From assembly GCF_964355755.1 (NCBI RefSeq), contig NC_092671.1, positions 1,736,001-1,800,000 on the forward strand: a stretch of 64,000 nucleotides of DNA, given 5' to 3'. This DNA comes from Antedon mediterranea (lineage: Eukaryota > Animalia > Echinodermata). The notes beneath the pieces were generated by a model. That model was not told where the DNA came from, made no database searches, and was given only the letters and a program-made list of their open reading frames with translations. Of the stretch, positions 1 to 12,853 are shown piece after piece. Each line of letters opens with the position of its first letter. Positions within the stretch are counted from its first letter, which is position 1. The position numbers and the translations under genes are program-made.

Positions 1-393
1 CCGTGGGGGTTATTATTGCTGAAATTGTAGTCAATGTTTTGGAGGCCTTGGTATTTCCGTTTCACCGACCCAAGTGTTAGTTGTTGTTGGGTTAAATTAG
101 AGCAGAATTGGTTTATTAATGATGACAATATGTACTTGCTTTTGAGGTCTCTCAGGCACCTATATATTTGTCAGAATCGTACATTTTACAAGGATTTATA
201 AATGTATTAATTTTATCAAAGATGTTTCATTCTTTTGTCTTGTTGTGTCTTGTCTGTAAATAATATTTAATGTTAATATTTATAGGGTATTTCTTTCAAG
301 GCTAGACAAATAAAATATAAATATTCCTGAAAAATTAATAAACATATATTTGCTTTTTAAACAAATTCAAGGTGTTAACACTTACAACGAATA

Positions 394-586
394 CTGTAGA
401 ACTTCAATTAAGGGGGGGGGGGGGACACCTTCGGGATTGAAATAATTGTCCCCTTTATATGGTGCCCTTCAATAGGAGTTGGTTGTAGTATTGAACTTCA
501 AAATTAAAACAGATGACGCTCCTTGTTAATTACATAGGAAACTGTCCCTTTAATAGGGGTATCCCAAAGAAGGATTATTTTTACTG
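394..586. mobile_element. Degenerate Tc1/mariner (Tigger/pogo-like) MITE
   Basis: Starts TA|CTGTAGAACTTCAATTAAGGGG...ACACC and ends ...TTTTACTG|TA. TA flanks and CAGTA-type termini, with the left end mutated. Confidence 0.4.
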
Positions 587-2926
587 TATTAATAAAACTT
601 TTATGAAAATGAAGGATATTGATTTTTTATAATGTAATGTAAAAATGTAACACACCTTACACAATCATTTACAATAGTCCTACCAGCAAAGTACTATAAT
701 GTTATACACATCATTATCACATTATAGAATAGTCTATATCATTACATTGTTTAGCTCTATAAAATACACATTTCTATTCCTCTATGATAAAAAGAAATCA
801 TTACCGGTGTAATTAGTGTTTTAAAACCAGCATTACTGCGTTGTGTGAATGCTGTGAGGAATGTTATTCCTTGTCGACCAATAGATCTTTGCTACAGGCA
901 TCATTCCAATGGTAATCACTAGTATATTGTGACAAATAAGTTTTAATTATTATTTTAAAAAGCTGTTACTAATCTGGTAGATTGCTTATTTCCTGCTGCC
1001 AATCATAGGTGTCAACAACAATGATTTATGTTTATCAATCAACTGACAGTTTTCATCAGTCAATCATTCTCATAATCCTTTTATATTATATTTATATCAG
1101 AATTTTTAGGGAGAATACGGTATAAGCCTATGGTAGGCAGGCCTATGGTCAATTCTGTACAATTTTTTGCTATTACACGCATTCATAGACATGGTCTTTG
1201 CTTGAAATCCACCATTGGAACTTAGCAATTTGCTTATAGATTTTTAATTTTATATTAGTTGAAAATTTCAAAACTAGTTAATGTTTGCTTGTTGTAATTT
1301 TTGAAAAATAGTTACTTTTTAATTCTGTAATTTGAACTGTTCATAGAATAAAAAGAATCTGTACAGAATTGTTTTAATGAGGTATTGAATTTTGTCTGAC
1401 GTTCATCTAAATTTCGCTATCATAAGATTAAAACATTGATGTAGATTTGGCTATTGCATTTTAGATTTCTAGAAAGTATACTTAGTTATAAATGTGTTTA
1501 AATGACAATTCTACTGAAAGATGAATCTCAATCAAGAATTTTAATGATAATGATTTGAATGGTGTACTCTTCTTGCCCTTTAGAATGATATATCTTATTT
1601 TACAATTTATCATAATTTTGTTTCTTTAATATTAAAAGTTAAAATTGAATTTACTTATTAGTAAAGCATCTGGTAGAATGGACAAAATTATAGTATTATA
1701 ATTGCTTTCAATTTTTAATTCTTTTATTCATTAGTGAGTGACTAAACAAGGCGCCAGTGGATTTGCTGAAGGTAATATTCAGGAAAATGTTCACATTTTA
1801 ATGTGAGATTCTGCAGAGTCGTCAATCAATTTATCTATTGTATTAAGACATTCTATGTTGCCAGAAATCATTTACTACAAATCTTTGTAATTGATCCGTG
1901 TCAAAGGTCGCATGGGTTAACATTTATAATTTTGGATGATTACATTGGATTATTTAAATATATTTTTTGTACCACCTACAGTAGCATAATGTAAAGGATA
2001 CAGTATACCAAGAAATTCTTATTAGAAAAAATGTAGTTACTGCAGTAACTGCAGTGGAATAGTTTACATGGTTCATGGGACATGGTTCCATAATAGAGGT
2101 AATCTAAATCTAAACAGGTAATAGTAATTATATTATTACACAAAACCTCTGTAACGTATCTATATTGAAATGAATTTTATTTTCACTAATTCATTAAATT
2201 TATCTGGGTATTTAGTAGCAAAACATACCATATGTTGTACATTTAGTTTGCAACCTCTTTTCAACCTATGTAAATACAAATATACATTGACATTTTCTGA
2301 CTTAACGCAAATCAGTGCATGGAGAACTGCTTATTAATTCAATTAGTTTCATAAAATATCACTTAAATGATTGTGTGATATTTTAGCTTCTAATCAACAT
2401 AACATGAGGTCATGACCTTTCATTATCGAGCAAGTGGATAATGTCTTGTATATGAACCTAATGGTTGAACAAACTAGAAACGAAAAACATTTCAAGTTGT
2501 TGTACTGTAGTAGGTGTTTAATTCTCTATTGTTCTCCACTGCCCCTCCCATCCCTGTGCCTGCTTTCTGTCTCTAAAATGTCTTTTTTAATATTTATTAT
2601 GTATTTGGTGAAACAATAAATGTTTTATTTACTATACTCTTATAAGTATACAGTATTTATTGAAAAAGCAGGCCTAAATATTTGATATTGGAAACAATTA
2701 TCATGAAAAGAGTTATCATGAATAGCTCAATCATCATAAGAGGCTTCTTACGACATACTTGTTTAATAAAGCATATTAATCCCCTTTTTTCCCCTTTACC
2801 ATGCCACCTAGATTGTTTTAGATCTAATTTAAGTAGGGCAGGAGTCCGTGCTGACCAGGGTTCATTTAGACCAATACCTGGTTAGTGACGTAGGCAACAC
2901 CTACTAAAGTTCCAAATATTCTCTTA

Positions 2927-3077
2927 AGCTCTGTCTACACTCAAAACTTGTTTGACAAAAAAAGGTGTGATGTTTCCATGTAATATAGCAGTGATATTCT
3001 TAAATATGAGATCATCAAGTCCATATATGGGCACATCACATTTTTGTCACATAAAATTTGATAGTGTAGACAGAGCT
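2927..3077. mobile_element. PIF/Harbinger-type (Tourist-like) MITE, 151 bp
   Basis: Perfect 15-bp TIR AGCTCTGTCTACACT / AGTGTAGACAGAGCT with further internal inverted similarity. TTA is duplicated at 2924-2926 and 3078-3080. Confidence 0.8.
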
Positions 3078-3618
3078 TTACAAAATAAAAGTGTCATAAG
3101 CACATTTATAGTATTCCAAATGTTTTCTGCATAATGTTGCTATTTAACTGATGTAAGTTACCACCAAAACAAACACATCATAAAAAGATTTATCATAATA
3201 TCCAATATGTCACATTATACTCATTATACAGACATGAAAACTGCAAAAATACATTTGATGGTCTTTGGAAAGTAAGCTACGACGTAAATGCATTATGAGT
3301 TGGCTTTGCCATAGGAAAGCATCCGCCAAATTGAACGTCATTTTAAATGTCAGTTTGCAAATGTGTTGTTGAGTTTTCTGGGGCTGTCACATGGTGAAGG
3401 AAATGTACCTACACAGCTGATCTGTGTCACATGACACATATTTTGATGACAACACCACTTGTCATAAATTGTGATGAAACTTTATGCCTGTTTGTTCAGA
3501 AATTCAAACTGTTAATAGACATTTTTCCAAGGATTTTTTGGCACATTCATAAGTAATTATGTTAATAGTTAATGGTTTATGGTAAACATAAATAACATTA
3601 TTTAGTTTTTAAAATTCA

Positions 3619-3737
3619 AAGTCAACTCTCGTCATAATCAGAAATTCTCTTATATTGTTTACTACTGGAACATAAAAAAATACATTCTAAAATAAAGTTT
3701 TATGTGCAATGATGTTTGTTCTTTGGAGAGTTGACTG
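3619..3737. mobile_element. Short degenerate TcMar-like MITE
   Basis: Inverted ends AGTCAACTCTC ... GAGAGTTGACTG; TSD not preserved. Confidence 0.35.
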
Positions 3738-6700
3738 TCTGAAAATTTTTGAAGGTGAAAAAGAGATTAACATGAACTATTCAGTCAAAAACAGATGGCT
3801 AGATTTAGAAATTATTCTCCAAATTAATATTTGTCGGTCATAAATTTAAAATATGAGCATTTTATCTAAGGGTATGTTCAGATGGATGGAGTTATGCTTT
3901 CGTATTGTAAAGGTCACATTATACTAACATCACAACAGCAAAGAGACTCAATTAAAGGCTTTTAGTGTGACAAACTGAGGTTTCGCTGATCATGTCGAAA
4001 ATATGGTATCCCGTATGGTATACATGAATAAATCTGATTGATTGGATGTCACGATCATTGCACCTTGAGGTTGAGCAAAAAGGCCAGTGTCGTAAGACAA
4101 TTTTTCTATTTCTATTCTTCTTTACCCTATTTCGATATCTACAGTATGGAGTTGTATACCACTTCAAAGCTCTGTAGTCTGAACAGGCCCTAAGAAAACC
4201 ACACTTGTCAAACATCAGTTCAATATTTACATTCCCCCCCCCCCCCCCCCCCCGACAGTAATCTGAACTATGACCTTGATTTCAACCATTTATAATAAAA
4301 TGTCAGAACATTTTGTAGTCTCTATGGTCAGACATTTTGAACTAACCATACTTGTCACGTTCAATTAACCTTCCATCATGTTTTCGGTTTCCTGCATCAA
4401 AATTTGAGAACAACAAAGAAATATGAACAGGTTGTAAATGACATATTCATTGGTGTTGGCTATTTGACGACATCATTTCCTGTACCTTTCCAATCTTACA
4501 ATACATTATTGACAGGGGTAAGGTCATGTTTGGCAGTTGCTCAACAATTTTCAAAATCTATGTCAATCCCTTTAATACTCTTTCCATCCCCCTAGTTTTT
4601 ATCGCAAACACATGTAATCTGTGTTTAGGAACTCAACTTTGATCTTGGCTGGTCCTTGTAAAACTACCCATAGGAGGTTCAGACTCAAAGGAGCTCATAA
4701 ATAGGACATTATATTAATTCAGCACTTAATTTTACAAATTGTAGGCCCTCGTCACCCCTATTAAATTTATGTATTCAAGATCCAGCAGTGTATTAAAACA
4801 CCAATACAGGATCACCATATAATATAAAATTTGATTTACATGAAAATGTATATTGAACATAAGAAAACAAACATTTATATATTTTTATAAATTACATTAA
4901 AGGTATTACAACAAAAATGTCAAGCAATGTAACAACACATATGAACCAAATCATTACATGATCTGAAATCCAGGATCCACCGCTACTAAGATGACATACA
5001 TTATCTAAGCTAAGCTTTTTGTGCACTCCTGGAAAATGTTCTATAAATCTATAAAAATATATATATATATCAATAGTTTACTGTTATCTTTGTATGTATT
5101 TTTTATGATTTTCCAAATTAATCTACTTAGCCAACTGCACAAGTAGTCCATGGGATTAATCTACTTAGCCAACTGCACAAGATGCAAAAAAAAACCCTTC
5201 TTGTCATTTTTTACAAAGAAAATTCCAATTTGAAAATATATGAAGCAGATGGTGAAAATGATAATTTTTATAATGTATGCAAAGTAATTTGTCTGTTAAT
5301 TGTTTCAAGTTTTCTATTTTCTTTTCATAATTGAAAGCCAGAATCAGTGAATAATGCTGATACAAGTTAATTATTATAATATTTTAAGTCGCTTTAAAAG
5401 TCATAAAATTATTATAAATTTGAATTTTTACAAATTGTATTAATTTTCCTAGTTTGTAAATATTACAGTTACAAATTTGACTCCATTTTCCTAATTTGCA
5501 TGTAATATTCCTAATTTGCATGTAATATTTAATGTTGAAATTCAAATTTGCTATAAAAAGGTAGCTCGAAAATATGTAGTGATTGATGTTTAAAAAAAAT
5601 AGAAAGAATTGCAAACAGATATTTATCATATTTAGGAAAATTTTACTTTGCTTTTCAACTGTATAATATTACAAATAAACAGTGTTTCACCTGTTTGCTT
5701 TTACATAATATAATAATAATAATATCTGTTGTCGGTCAGCCACAATGTACAGCTTGTGTCGGTCAACCACAATGTACAGCTTGTGACCACCATGTCATAA
5801 CAACGCACGCCATTGGACAAATTCTACATCTTCTTATACATACGTCTTATTACCTATCATAGGATATAATAGAAAATCCTATAGAATTGCGTAAATTAGG
5901 GGGCTGCTAACATCTGCCTTGTTTATCTACAAGTTCGACCATAAATATAAATAAATAAATATGTGCATATCATTTTCTCAGCCATTGATTTGATTAGTTC
6001 AGTCAACACTGTGTATTATTTTGTTAAATTGAAACTAAATAGGTATATATTTGTACTGCAGGTACAGTAGGTTGTTAACTCCTGTACCTCATGTCTGTTG
6101 TCCGAAGTTCCAAACCACCATTTAACCATCCACTTGCTTATGCATACATCCCACAATCTATTGAAACTTCACAGTCTTCCCTGACAAACAAATGTGTGTG
6201 CCCCTCCCCTGGATGTCATATTGTGCTGTTTTGTCATCAGTCAACTCTCTTTATCACCCCCTTCTTCCTTATACACGTCTTAAGGACCTGGCTTAACATA
6301 TTAACCATTTAATTGGAAGAATTAAGAACCAAGGCAGTTTTAAGAACCTACAGGCTAAAGTGATTTACTTGCATTCTGTAACCTCAAGGTTTCCTTTTCA
6401 AGCCACAGACAGGAAGACCTGAATGGGCTGTGAACCTCTTGAGTGTCAACCACTAGGCATCCTCTGAAACCATACAAACTTAGACAGGAAAACATTAACA
6501 GGTTATAAACCCATGATTGACAGCTTTTATTATATTTAATTTGTTTTCTTTAATTTTTTGTGTAAGTTTCTAACACAATCTATGAACAAATTAGCGACAA
6601 GTAAGTGGCTTGCTTAGGGAAGTTTAATATTTCATCTCCGATAAATAATGAGATTTTATTAATTTAATAATGAATGTTTCTCCCTTCAAATGTTCTACTT

Positions 6701-9700
6701 TCTCTTTCTATTTTATAGTTTTTAGACAAAGGATGTTTTTGATGTTTTTACGCAATTCCTGCAAAGGTACTTAATGGTTTATTCCTATTTATTATTCGTT
6801 GGTGTTTATTCCAAATACATATACTATATAACATTAAAAGGTAGCAGCATAATGCTAAATAGGGGAAGTGAAACAATGGGATTCAACAAGAAATAGAAAC
6901 AAGGCCATATACATGGCTGCAGTCGCGTGCACAAATTTGAATTAGTGTTTACCGACTGACCGACATAGTGAGCTATAGAGTCGCGATATATTATGAAAAA
7001 TTATAGAAATTGATTGACGGTTACAATTTCTAAATGTGTGTAAGAAGTGCATGATCTGTATGTATGCATGTTACTGTATACTAAAGTTTGATTTACCTGT
7101 GAGTCATTTGAGATAATGTGTGTATTACTTAATTTGGTTATAGATTACAACAGAACATGTACAGCCTACAGATATCATATTCAAGGTTGTGGGAGGTATC
7201 ACAAAGAAGAATACAACACAACAAACACAACAATATAGTAAACAAACAATGTAATAATAATGTAAGAAAAGTGAGTGCTCTGAGATGAAACAGAAATTAT
7301 TTAGGCCGCGGATCCTGATTTCTTGAAGAAAAATAAAAAAAGATTTGGTTCACCCACAGGTAGCAGAAAGAAAGACGTAAACTTAGCCTAGGCTCATCTT
7401 AGGCAGATGTTTGTAGAAAAAGAATGACCTTTTTAAGAAGTTGCTGTCCACAAAAATAAATAGCTACATCGAAGCAATGACTTTTTTAGATTGTAAATGA
7501 GATTGAGTCAATGTCAATATTATGTACAGTATCGAGTATTGTATACAACATTAGGGAGTGTGATTTATACTTGGATTGCATTAAAAATGTATTTACCAAG
7601 GTCTTCTGTCTGAATTAATTCTAAGTTAGTGGTTATGATTATACTCGATCATACACTACTGTACAAAGCAGTGACGACCAGCGAAACAACCAATACTGCA
7701 CCATGCTCCAATCGTACGGTAACTATTTTTCATTTCATACACATCAAAAAGCAAGTTTACTAGTCAATTGCAGGATAGAGAAGAACTATATCTATATAAT
7801 CTAACTATATATTATTTTATATTCACAGAAAATACAAGCTACAAAGAGTTTAGAATTTTGATATTTGGTAATTTTTACTAAATAATTCATGTTATCTATT
7901 ATTTGCCACTTATGTAATGAGGGGAAAATTCCTTTGTACTGTAATATTGAAAGGTTTACTGAACACTAGAGGGAGACATTTAGATTATTTATACTAATTT
8001 GGTAATCTAATAATCTAATATTGGCTAATAATATTGCCTATTATCAGCTAAAACAAAAATACTCTTTTTATTTCATGACCAGTATAAAATCATTTTTTAT
8101 TTATTTTGTTTCTGATAATACAGTAGCTGCATTTACCTATTACCAAGAATATATATTGTAGAGGTCTGATCATATAGAATGTCCTAAGAAATAAGGAGGA
8201 TTGTGTCTTTGAACCTCAATGACAAAATGAAATTAATCTATCCTAAATAATTGAGTTGAATGTGAAGTAAAAAATTACAGTTCTGCATTCTTTTTAAATT
8301 CAGTAATAAAAATGTCTACCATATTTGTAATTTTTTAAGGTAAAGACATTTATCAGTGAGGCAGCGAACATTACATATGGCGTTTCACATTACATACACT
8401 TGATCTTTTAACAACATTCTAATGGAAGGTTGAGAAGACTACACAGGTCCCAAAGGTGTGTTAGGCTCCATAAAACCCCCAGGTCATGGATGATAGTTTT
8501 CATTTATGGGTCAAGGGATGCCTTCCAGCTTATGATCAGGACAGGCAACAAGAGCCTAGCATTCTTGATCAAGTCTTGAACCTGTTTGTTCAGTTATAAT
8601 AAGTTGAAATCTGAGGTGACACAGCCTGAGAGGAGTCTGTTTCCCTCCCTCAGGCATCTTCATCATTTATCTAGTTCAGGGCTTGCATCTGTTATGTTTT
8701 ATTTTTACACCTGTACTGAACTTACTTTAATGTGAAATGATTCTACCATTTGCTCGTCATTTAATGTTCATAATTTCAAATGTGATATTAAATTATAGCT
8801 CATTTGGGACTTGTCTTGGTATCTTGCTCTTGGTGTATTTCCTATCTTGACAGATTTATCGATTTCAACCTCTGTCCCTATAGTCACGATGATCGCTGAC
8901 GAGTTCACACAAGAGTATACACTCCTTTATATATTATTTCATAGATACTTTTGAGTAGTTTCATGTGTATGTCAGCAAATTTTAGATTTTATTTGCTCCT
9001 TCCTTTCATTGATCTAGGCTCACTGTCTTTTCTAATCAATCCATTCTTCTCAGTTGCCAGAGGAGGTGGTCATGTATTTGCTATAATTAATAGGTTAAAG
9101 TCATTATCAGATGTTTTCTAGATTCTGCCCTTCAATGATTTGACAAATGTATACCTTTTTTTAGATTATATTTCTAATGCATCTTTAATAGCCAGGCCAT
9201 TAGTATATAGCCACATGAAGACTGTCTCTAGTATTGTTAAGGTTTATTTCCAAAGTAGTATAATGTCTTCAGATACGCTCGCATTATGGCACGCCAGGAC
9301 GGACATAACCATAGCTCATTTAACTGTACATCAGAATGTCCTAGTTTAGATTTTTACAGCGTCAGGATGACAAGATAGCAATGTTGTCAAGAATGCATTT
9401 TGATTAGTAGCACTTGAATGTAGTAATGTCAAAATGTGATGGTAATGAGCACATTTCTCTTGTTTATGTTGTAAATTGAAGATGATAAAAGATTGCTAGG
9501 TATTGAGTGACTTTGTGGAATGTAATCACAAAGGATTTGTCTAATTAGAATATTTGTAAGAGCTGTAGATAGACAGGTAGACCTATTTTGATGGGTTGAC
9601 TAAATCTCAATAGAATAGAAACATTTCCTGAAAATGAATGTTGCTACTAACCGGTGAGCGTCAAATTGTTTGGTTTGAAAAGTCATTTTTGTATGGAATT

Positions 9701-11940
9701 AAGCCATCTATAATAGCACAATCCAAAATGTATTACTCAATTTCCACACACTGTGCACTGTTTGAGCCGGTAACCTTTTAATTTTCCATTAATCATTTTG
9801 TTTGTTAGGGCACTTTTTGGCAAAAATTTTTTTTTTTATTTTCTCATAATCTGATCACACTCAGGGAGCCAGATTCATTCATTAGTGGAAAATTAAATTT
9901 TTATTGTCACATTTGCACATAAAAATATTTATAGAAATTCTGTATGTAAACGTAGACAGTATAAAAAACGAAGAAAACACTACAAAAACTATCACAAATC
10001 TGAGAGCCATGTCGCTATGTCACCATGAATTATGGCAGCACTACCGATCATCATGATTTTACTAATTAGATGTATGGTACCTGCCAAGTTTTGGTAAGTA
10101 AACTGTTAATTTGTTTTTATGCCTCAATCTCATGTGTGCACATTTCATACAGTAGTTAATCAACAACTATCAAAACGTTCATTATATTATAACAAAGAAA
10201 TTAAGTTCTTAGCTTTAAAAAATTTTGAAAAACTGTTTGGTTAACTCATTAGAAGCCAAGTCCAAAGTTTATGTTAGCCTTTGTTGTGTTTATTTGTTGT
10301 GGTCATTAAAATACATTCTTGGTTTGGTTAAAAAGGTATTTCACCTTGTACCTCCTTCTTCTGTAATTAACTGTAGAGTGGTTTATATCGGTCCTTGAAC
10401 TCACAAAATAAACTAGCCTGCTGACCACTGGTCCAACCAAGAGATGTTATAGATCAGGTGCAAGCAAATACTGCTACTGTAACTTTCTCAGGCGGATCCA
10501 GGGGCGAGGTCTTTTACAAGGTGCCTTTTTTAGAGGTAAAAAATTATATATCTCACCCTGAAAATGATTTATGATGGTCAGTTTATGTGATAATTTGAGA
10601 TTTTGTTTAACATTTTGTAACATGAAGAATGGTGCATACAAGAAAATGCAGAAAACCGTCAATGATGATGTAATCTCACATGTCAGCAAGGTAATAATGA
10701 ATATTTCTATCAGTTTTATCTTTAAATTGAATGTATGTAGGCCTACAGTGCACCAAAGACAAAATATGTTTTGAATGTCATGGACAAATAACAATAATAA
10801 AATTGTTCAATTATTAATTAATTAATGAATTAATTTCTTTTCAGGTGGATATATTTCTGAAATGCAATAGTGCAAAGACAATGGAATGATGTCATTAAAG
10901 GTAATAATGAACATTTTAAATTGTACTGTAGGCCTATAGTTGCAAAGACGAAACACATTTTTAGATAAATTATTCTACAAAAAAACACCTTAATAGGCGG
11001 GTATTAGAAACAAAATGAAGGTCACACCTGAATTATTTCACATTTTCACCATCATTGTCTATCTATTCAATCAAGCTTAATTCCAATAAAGGCCTCTGTT
11101 TGATTATAATTAAACATGATATCAATTGGTTTCAGACATTCAAAGTAATAAATTCATCATTAACATTCTCATAAACAAAATTCAAGGTCATTTTTTGTTA
11201 AATTTTCATAACATTGTGTATTTTATTCATTCATTTTGGTAGTCATGGTGATGTTTCTCCTCATCTAGTAATCTTCATTGTGAGATGCCGTGTGAGATGC
11301 AGCAGTGTTTTCACTGCATCTCTTTCTTACCTGAGGCTAGCTATTTAGTTGTCAATAAAATATTGGTGCGAAAACATAAAAGTTGTTACACAGTTTTCAA
11401 TTAATATTTTGTCCTACTTTATCTGAACTATAAAAATGTTGTTTCTAAAATTAGGACAAAGCAAGTATAGCTTAATACAATGGGTTTTTTTATTCAAAGT
11501 AATAGGCATACCATAAATATTGTTATAAGTGTCTTTAATCATTCACACTGGTACTAACAGGTTTCCAGAAAAATGGAGGCACAAAATTATTTATAAAACA
11601 GTGACTACAAATAAAGAGATAATACTAGATTGAGAATTCAACTTTTAATCATTTGAATCATTTTTAAGATGTTCTGCTATTAAATCAAACAACTGCACAT
11701 TACTGACAAAATTACACATACAAGGAAGCACCATTCGCAGTTACACAGGTGTGGGATTTTGAAAAGGTTACAGAATAACACATTTTTCAAGTAAAGATAC
11801 CATATGATATGGCATGATATTCAAGATATCATTTTATTTTATCCATTAAAAATTGGAAAAACAAAAGTAATTTAATAATGAATTTAACACTAATAGCAAA
11901 CAAATCATGGAGACCCTCATACAGGCTAAAAATATAAAGT

Positions 11941-11960
11941 AGAGAGAGAGAGAGAGAGAG
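11941..11960. repeat. (AG)n microsatellite
   Basis: 10 AG units. Confidence 0.9.
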
Positions 11961-12614
11961 TTCTTCCATCGATACAAAAATGTAACTGAAACCTTTCAGT
12001 TGTTGGATTAATTATCTTATTAAGGAATTAAATGATCAGTTCTTGAAGACAGATTTCAAGTTCATTTATCCTTTATAAGGCCATGGAAGCAATTAATTAT
12101 ACCTCAGTAGACTCAATCAATTAATTTATTCGTAGTTTATTATGTTTACGTTGTGGCAATTCTTAAAACGCAACTCAATTTCGCACATTAGCCTAGATAT
12201 GGGTATTAGATTTCCCTCTATTAGGATCAAATTTCGTAATTGGAAGTTTGGATACGCGATGATTACATCACCTTTTGTTGTTCGTGTGTTTGTTTAAGGG
12301 TTACTCCTCTGGCTTTATTTCTTGATTTCAATTCAAGAATGATAAAGATTTAGAAAATGTCACTTGAATTGTGGGTAGAATTATTCTCCACAAAAGGTAT
12401 AAACCCTTTAAAAATGTCAAGTGACCATACCACGAGCACTTGTATTGTATTAGAAAAGATAGCCACCCGGTGCAGGTTTCAAATATAGTTTAAAACCTTT
12501 TTAGGACCATTTTGGTATTAATTTTGATACTCTATGATCAGAGTGCAATGGCAAACACTATTTAGTTCTCTCTTATTTATTTATTTTATTTATTTCAACA
12601 AACTTGTCATTGCC

Positions 12615-12853
12615 ATAACATGAACATATAACATGAACATATAACATGAACATATAACATGAACATATAACATGAACATATAACATGAACATATAACATG
12701 AACATATAACATGAACATATAACATGAACATATAACATGAACATATAACATGAACATATAACATGAACATATAACATGAACATATAACATGAACATATAA
12801 CATGAACATATAACATGAACATATAACATGAACATATAACATGAACATATAAC
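12615..12853. repeat. 13-bp minisatellite (ACATGAACATATA)n, about 18 near-perfect copies
   Basis: Directly visible; explains the three overlapping repetitive ORFs at 12573-12897. Confidence 0.97.

Noticed and set aside
5117-5785. Short direct duplications (5117/5156 and 5731/5758; similar ones at 13.6-14.0 kb, 17.8-18.0 kb and 61669-61713)
   Set aside because: Ordinary local slippage duplications with no element structure.
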